Part shown: in pieces, positions 55,347 through 64,000 of the stretch
Layout of the letters: each line of letters begins with the position of its first letter
Position numbering within the stretch: position 1 is the first letter of the stretch
Assembly: GCF_009914755.1 (NCBI RefSeq)
Contig: NC_060930.1
Length of the DNA: 64,000 nt
Source of the DNA: the human T2T-CHM13v2.0 reference genome, Homo sapiens
Reading direction: 5' to 3' (one strand)
Program-made: the position numbers and the translations under genes
The notes under the pieces: generated by a model
The model's database searches: none
Told to the model about the DNA's origin: nothing
What the model saw: only the letters and a program-made list of their open reading frames with translations

Positions 55347-55726
55347 TGATATGATTTGGATTTGTATCCTTTCCCAAATCTCATGTTGAATTGTAATTCC
55401 CAGTGTTGGAGGAGGGGCTTGGTGGGAGGTGATTGGATCATAGGGGTGGATTTCCTCCTTGCTATTCTCATGATAGTGAGTGAGTTCTTATGATAGCTAT
55501 TTGTTTGAAAGTGTGTAGCACCTCCACTTTCACTCTCTTCCTCTCACTCTGGCCATGACATGCCTCCTTCCTCTCTACCTTCTACCATGATTGTAAGTTT
55601 CTTGAGTTCTCCCCAGCTGTACCTCCTGTACAGCCTGTGGAATAATGAGGCAATTAAACCTTTTCTCTTTATAAATTACCCAGTCTCAAGTAGTTTTTTT
55701 TAACAATGTGAGAATGGAGTAATACC
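55347..55726 (+). mobile_element. MSTA-like solo LTR
   Basis: TGATATGATTTGGATTTG...CCCAAATCTCATGTTGAATTGTAAT...CAATTAAACC...ATAAATTACCCAGTCTC. Confidence 0.9.
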
Positions 55727-56019
55727 TGGGGAAAGGTTTTCTTCCCCCTCTTTTCTTTCTTCTTCACTCACCATTCTAATGATTCATAAATATGATGAAG
55801 TGTAAGTGATACATAAGTTTCTCCTCCTAAAATAGATTAGGAGAGAATCTGACTAATAGTTTCACTGTCCTAAGCTGCATGTGAATGTTCTTAATGAAGA
55901 GAGGCATTTAGAGATTAATTTGGTAACAGATTTAATTTCTCCAAGTTTAAGAGATTCTTATGTAAATATCCTAAATTTGGAAAACTGATAATACACATAT
56001 AATCTAAGATTAACTATAA

Positions 56020-56351
<332 letters not shown>

Positions 56352-56668
56352 ATTGTTTTCTTTTAAAATAGCACTTTTAGGGACATTAACCATTTTCTTA
56401 TAATCATGTTGTATAATATTTTTAATATTTGTCCCATTGAGTAAGGCAACAAGTTATAGTGAACGGGTATTGGAATTGAAGGTGGAGGATTTTGGCTTTA
56501 ATTCTTTTTCTGCCATTTACATAAATGTGTTTTGTGGAAATCTGTAAAGGTTATCATTAGCATTCATACAATGGCAATGAAGCAGTAGGGCATTAAACAT
56601 TTTACATGTTTTAAATTTTTTTCAAAGTCTGGCTTTGGGGGTCAAGGTACAGTTCTAGATCGGGATGT

Positions 56669-59385
<2,717 letters not shown>

Positions 59386-59994
59386 GATTCTAAACCTTAA
59401 AAATTCAGGTTTCACTTGAAAATGTGAAAATAACAAACTCACTTCCCTTCTAACCACAATGCATGTCATCTAGTACATGCGCAATACATTTTATGCCAAA
59501 TTTTTAATTTCTTCTGTTTTCTTTCTTCTAGAATTTGGAGGAATTAATTAATGTGAACTGTATTGTTGCTTATTTGAAAACACATTATACCTAAAAAGGC
59601 ATATCTTTGCATCTGAAGGAGAAAGGTTATTTTTTATTATTTTTTTTTTTGGTTCTTTTTACAATTGAATTTGGTGATAATCCTCCCCACCATACTTTCA
59701 TACCACCTGATTGTAAGATAAAAATGTAATACATATTTGTATAAGATATGGTTTATTTTATGCAAAGTTCATAATAAATGTTGGTTTAATATGCAATTTG
59801 AAGATATTGGGCCTTGTAAATGTTAAAAGAAATTATACTTGCATAGAATTATCTAAAATTTAAAATACTGTCTGTCAACATTTAATAACATAGAAAAATT
59901 CACTAATGCCTAAATAAAGTTTTTAAATATATGCAATTTGTGTCTTACAAGACAGCAAGACAAAAACGACTGTTTATATAATACTCCATTATAC

Positions 59995-60377
59995 TGTTAA
60001 ATTAAATTTGGTCTAAAGCTGCCTTTGTATGTAGCAAACTGTAATGTAACTTAGTATGTAAACAAACTGCAACATAACTAAAATTGTATTTTTGTAATAT
60101 GTAGCTGAGTTTCAGCCAATCACAGCAGCCAAACTTCAACCAATCACAGGCTGCACACGAATCACACTAGATTCATATAAGGTGATTATTAAGCTATAAT
60201 CTATCAAGCTCTTTCTATATGTCTCTTCCTTTTTCTGTCTGTAAATACTGCCTGCCCACATTGCTGGATGGAAATCTCTGAACGTCTCCTTGTTCTGAGG
60301 GCTGCCTAATTCATGAATTTTTCTTTGCTCAAATATACTCTGCTAAATTTAACTCATCTAAAGTTTTTTTTTAAATA
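59995..60377 (+). mobile_element. MER57-like ERV1 solo LTR
   Basis: TGTTAAATTAAATTTGGTCTAAAGCTGCCT start, two CCAATCACAG boxes, TTTGCTCAAATA..CTCTGCTAAATTTAA end; 4-bp TSD ATAC (59991-59994 / 60378-60381). Confidence 0.8.
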
Positions 60378-60895
60378 ATACTTGAGTCTTTAATAAAACA
60401 TTATTTCTGTTTGAGTATTTCCCTGTTCTATTTCTTAAGATTTTGTATTATATAATTTTTCCTCTATGAAATATTCTGTAGTTTAATTTTTAAATTAATG
60501 GAACATATAGAAAACTCTGTTAGCAGAATCTGCATATGGACATTGTCAGAAATGATTACCACATATTTATATAAACTTGTTTGGGCTAAAACTAATTATT
60601 GAATTTTATGTTTAATGTTTTAATTTTTCATGTTGTTTTGGTATGTTGTTAAATAGTATCTTTTTCACTGTTAGAAAAGCATTAACTAGCACAGTATTTA
60701 AAATAATAGAAGTGTTCAATAAATACTTGTTAAATGAATAACCAAAAGATAAAATGATTAGATGGATGAATAAATATTCTTTAAAGCTGACAAAAAAATA
60801 ATAGTTTTATTATCTGTCAACATAAGGTTTAAACCACTGGATAAAACTTTTTTTATTGTTTTTAGCCAGAGTAAAATATCTGCATGTTCAGATGC

Positions 60896-60934
60896 CCTCT
60901 CTCTCTCTGTGTGTCTCTCTCTTTCTCTCTCTCT
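60896..60934 (+). repeat. (CT)n imperfect microsatellite
   Basis: CCCTCTCTCTCTCTGTGTGTCTCTCTCTTTCTCTCTCTCT. Confidence 0.85.
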
Positions 60935-62369
60935 GACTGTCCATACTACTAAGAAAGATAAATGAAAATAGTACTTTCTCTTTTTGCCTCTGTCCTATTT
61001 CTGACCACAAAAACTGTCACAGTGATCTATTAACATTGTGGATTTTTTCTTTAGTTCAAATGACAAGGCTGCTATTTTTGAAATAAGTTCTATGTTTTTG
61101 TTACAGGCACAATGAATGATTAAAGGTTTCAGCACTGAAAATTACTAAACCTTTGTCTAAAAATATAGGCATTCTTAAAGTTGACTTACTGTGATAAGAA
61201 GTAGAAATTTCACCTCATCTGTCTACTCAATGTACAAGATATAATATGATGGGTCATAATGAAAGACAGAGGTTATTTTTTTCTACTTTCAGTAGAAATT
61301 TCTTTTATGGAACAGATAAGTGCGCCATCCTAAGTCTAACTCTTGAGAAGGAAGAGGATAAATTTAGTGAAGGAGTACAGTGTTGTGGTCTTGTCTCATA
61401 TCAAACTTCTAAATATGTCTATTTATGTCTATTTTCCTTTTGCTTTATTGTTCATAGCTGAGGTTAAAACAAAAATAACTATCTTACAACGTACTATGTT
61501 ATTAATAAAACAAATTTGCTTTGTTTCGACCTTCTTTTGTTTTGACATAGAGAAGTCATCACATTTTTTAAACGATGTGGCAAACAATTTTAAAATTAAC
61601 GGCACCTTGTCACATAATATAGTGATTAAAATAATTTTAGGTTAATTTATAAGTACAAAAACTATCATTTTAAAACAGCAAATATATTTAATGTTACTCT
61701 TAGTCAACCTCAAGGACGATATCAAATATTAATGTTGGTATTAGTTATGCAACAGGTAAAATCCTAGTTTCGTAATAAACAATTTCATAATACTATATGT
61801 CTCTATGTAAATTTAAGTAGATTCATAGCTTTATGCACAATGTCATTCTGAAAACATGACCTGTAGTTGAATATGAGAGATCTGAACAACAGGTTTACTT
61901 TTTAAGTAAGGGTTCTATTACAATCCCAAATATCTAAAATGTTATAAACCATATAAAGTCATAGAAGAATGTACAAAGTTCTTTAAACAAAAAGGAATAG
62001 AATTATTTTTCCAAATAAAATATTACCCAGATGCTCAATACATAAAGATAAAGTTGAGCTGCTAGGGAGTAGAATGTGGAAGAATTGGTGGGGGCTGAGG
62101 GTTAGCTTCATGTGCTTCTTCCCAACCTCTCCTCTCATCTTTATATCAAGGGACTTCTGAAAAACAACCTAAAAATCATTGGAATAACTTATTCAAAGTA
62201 CTATACATAAATTGTGACTAAAAAAGAGGAACTCTAAAAATTTATCTATCAGGAATGTAATCATTTTATGTGGTAACTCATATGAGCAATCTTTTTTACT
62301 CAAGTATTCATTGTCAGCACCCCTGCTATGTAATTTGTAATTTAATTTTATGGGAAAATAAACAATCAA

Positions 62370-63360
62370 ATCTAGGTTTATTTCTACTCCCTTTGAATCT
62401 GGACTGACCTATACATTATTGCTTGACCAATAGAAAAAGCTTACAATAAATGACCACTTAAAGAAAGAGGCCCAGTTTTCCCAGCTGAGCCAGGTCTTCA
62501 GCTCACCCACCCGCTAAATGCAGAAGCATGGCAGAGCCTAGGTAGGGTGATCAGGCTCTCACTTTGCACATGAATGACTGATTTCCTGAGATGTTGGCTG
62601 GGCAGGTGCGCAGAAACCTTTTGAGTACTTGACCTGTGTCTCTATCAGGATTAGTCAGAGATCCCGATCTGGTATTACTCAAAGGTACCAGAGTATTATT
62701 ATTTCTGGAGTAGTCAAGGTCTCAAATTGTTGATAAAACCAAACTGGTATTCATAACTGGTCATATCTATGTGTCTGGACTGCTCAGTTTAATCAGATTG
62801 TCAGCATACCAGTAAAAGACATTTGTTTACCCAAAACAGAAACTTTGACTCATGCTGGCTTAAATAAGGACAGATTTTAATAAGGAAAATAATTTACTTA
62901 TATAAGTATGTATCCAAAGTTAGGACAGACATCAGGATTCACAGATTCAGTCATTAATCAGTGTAACTCTAGAAGTTTCTGTCCTGCTTCTTTCTAAACT
63001 ATCATGCAGAATATTTCTTTCTATGGCTGATTGTCTCATGGTCATAACATGGCTGCCAGAGCAATTGGCACTAAGACTTCTTCACAATCTGGATTGAATT
63101 ACTCCTGGAAACAAACAGACAAAAAAATTAGAAACTTTTCAGAAAATATTTTGTCTCATTAAGTCGATTGCGCTATAAGTCCACTCCTAAACCTTTCACC
63201 AGCAAAATGTGGAATTGCTACTATAACAGTTCTTAATCAGGATCAAGCCCTGAAGCTCAAATTCAGCAGCTTCCCTTGAATTACACAGGTTGCCTAAACA
63301 GAAGGTGGAGGCTGAAGGACAACAAGGATAATGACTGTTGGGCAGTAAAATGATGTTCAC
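62370..63360. mobile_element. Degenerate old MLT1-type LTR fragments (+ about 62370-62560, - about 62790-63360)
   Basis: CTCCCTTTGAATCTGGACTG...TTGACCAATAGAA; ACAGAAAC..GACTCA..CTGGCTTAAATAA...CATGGTCATAACATGGCTGCCAG. Confidence 0.45.
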
Positions 63361-64000
63361 AGTAGTCCATTTTGTTTAGGGTCTCAAAGGGTCTACCATA
63401 GTCAGTACTTCAAGCATGTCAGTCTATGTAAATACAGTGGTCAGTCTGTCCAGTTTATTATTAAGTCTAGATTGTTTAGTCTGTCTGGGCCTGTTTTCCA
63501 CTGCTATATTCTTGAACATACATAAAGCCTTATGAGTGGATTTTGAGAAGAATGTAAAGGTGAAAGAAATATCTTACAATCATTTTAAAATACAGGCTTC
63601 TTTACCTAGCATTCCCCTTCAATGTTGAGAACTCCTTTTATTGGTCAGCTCCTTTAACCTTACTTAGTCTAGTTCTGCACCAAGGTTCTGATGGGAATGG
63701 TGAGTTGTTCCAGCCATGGGGCATGAATTAAACCTGCTCTCCTATTCTCCTAGCATGGGTATTCTCATCCTATGCTTCAGGAAATCTGAGTATCAGTGCT
63801 TCCCCCACAAGCAGCCTCATCCATACTTATAATCTCAACAAAGACCTTCTGTTTTTGCCAAAGTATCCCAGATTCTATGGCCTGCATATATCTACTCTTC
63901 CCAACCACCCGAGGTTTGGATAGTGAAGCACATTATGAGGAATTATTGTAAGGCTTAGAATGAGATTGACTTCACGTAAGCCTCTGTCTGCCCGTTCTGC

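Overview
AT-rich, repeat-dense primate genomic DNA (AluY/AluS, LTR12 and THE1/MST elements indicate a catarrhine, plausibly human). It looks like a gene desert or a very large intron. No protein-coding exon, RNA gene or CRISPR array can be supported. Every ORF I could assign is an L1 ORF1/ORF2 remnant, an Alu/LTR read-through or an open frame across a stop-free microsatellite; the rest look like chance frames. Content: about 10 Alus, several old L1 bodies and fragments, about 10 MaLR LTRs including one two-LTR MLT1A-type provirus, a CpG-rich solo LTR12 (ERV9) with intact promoter motifs, a MER57-like LTR, MER2, and L2/MIR relics. The most unusual structure is at 29.8-30.85 kb: a ~440-bp GG(AT)n compound repeat that ends in a perfect, spacer-less 82-bp palindrome and is followed by further fold-back inverted repeats. 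Also notable are an internally deleted Alu, a twin-primed (5'-inverted) L1 and a probable inversion junction inside an MST-int/L1 nest. Repeat subfamily names come from recalled consensus sequences, not a search, and boundaries of old elements are approximate. I found no convincing evidence of a new multi-component biological system.
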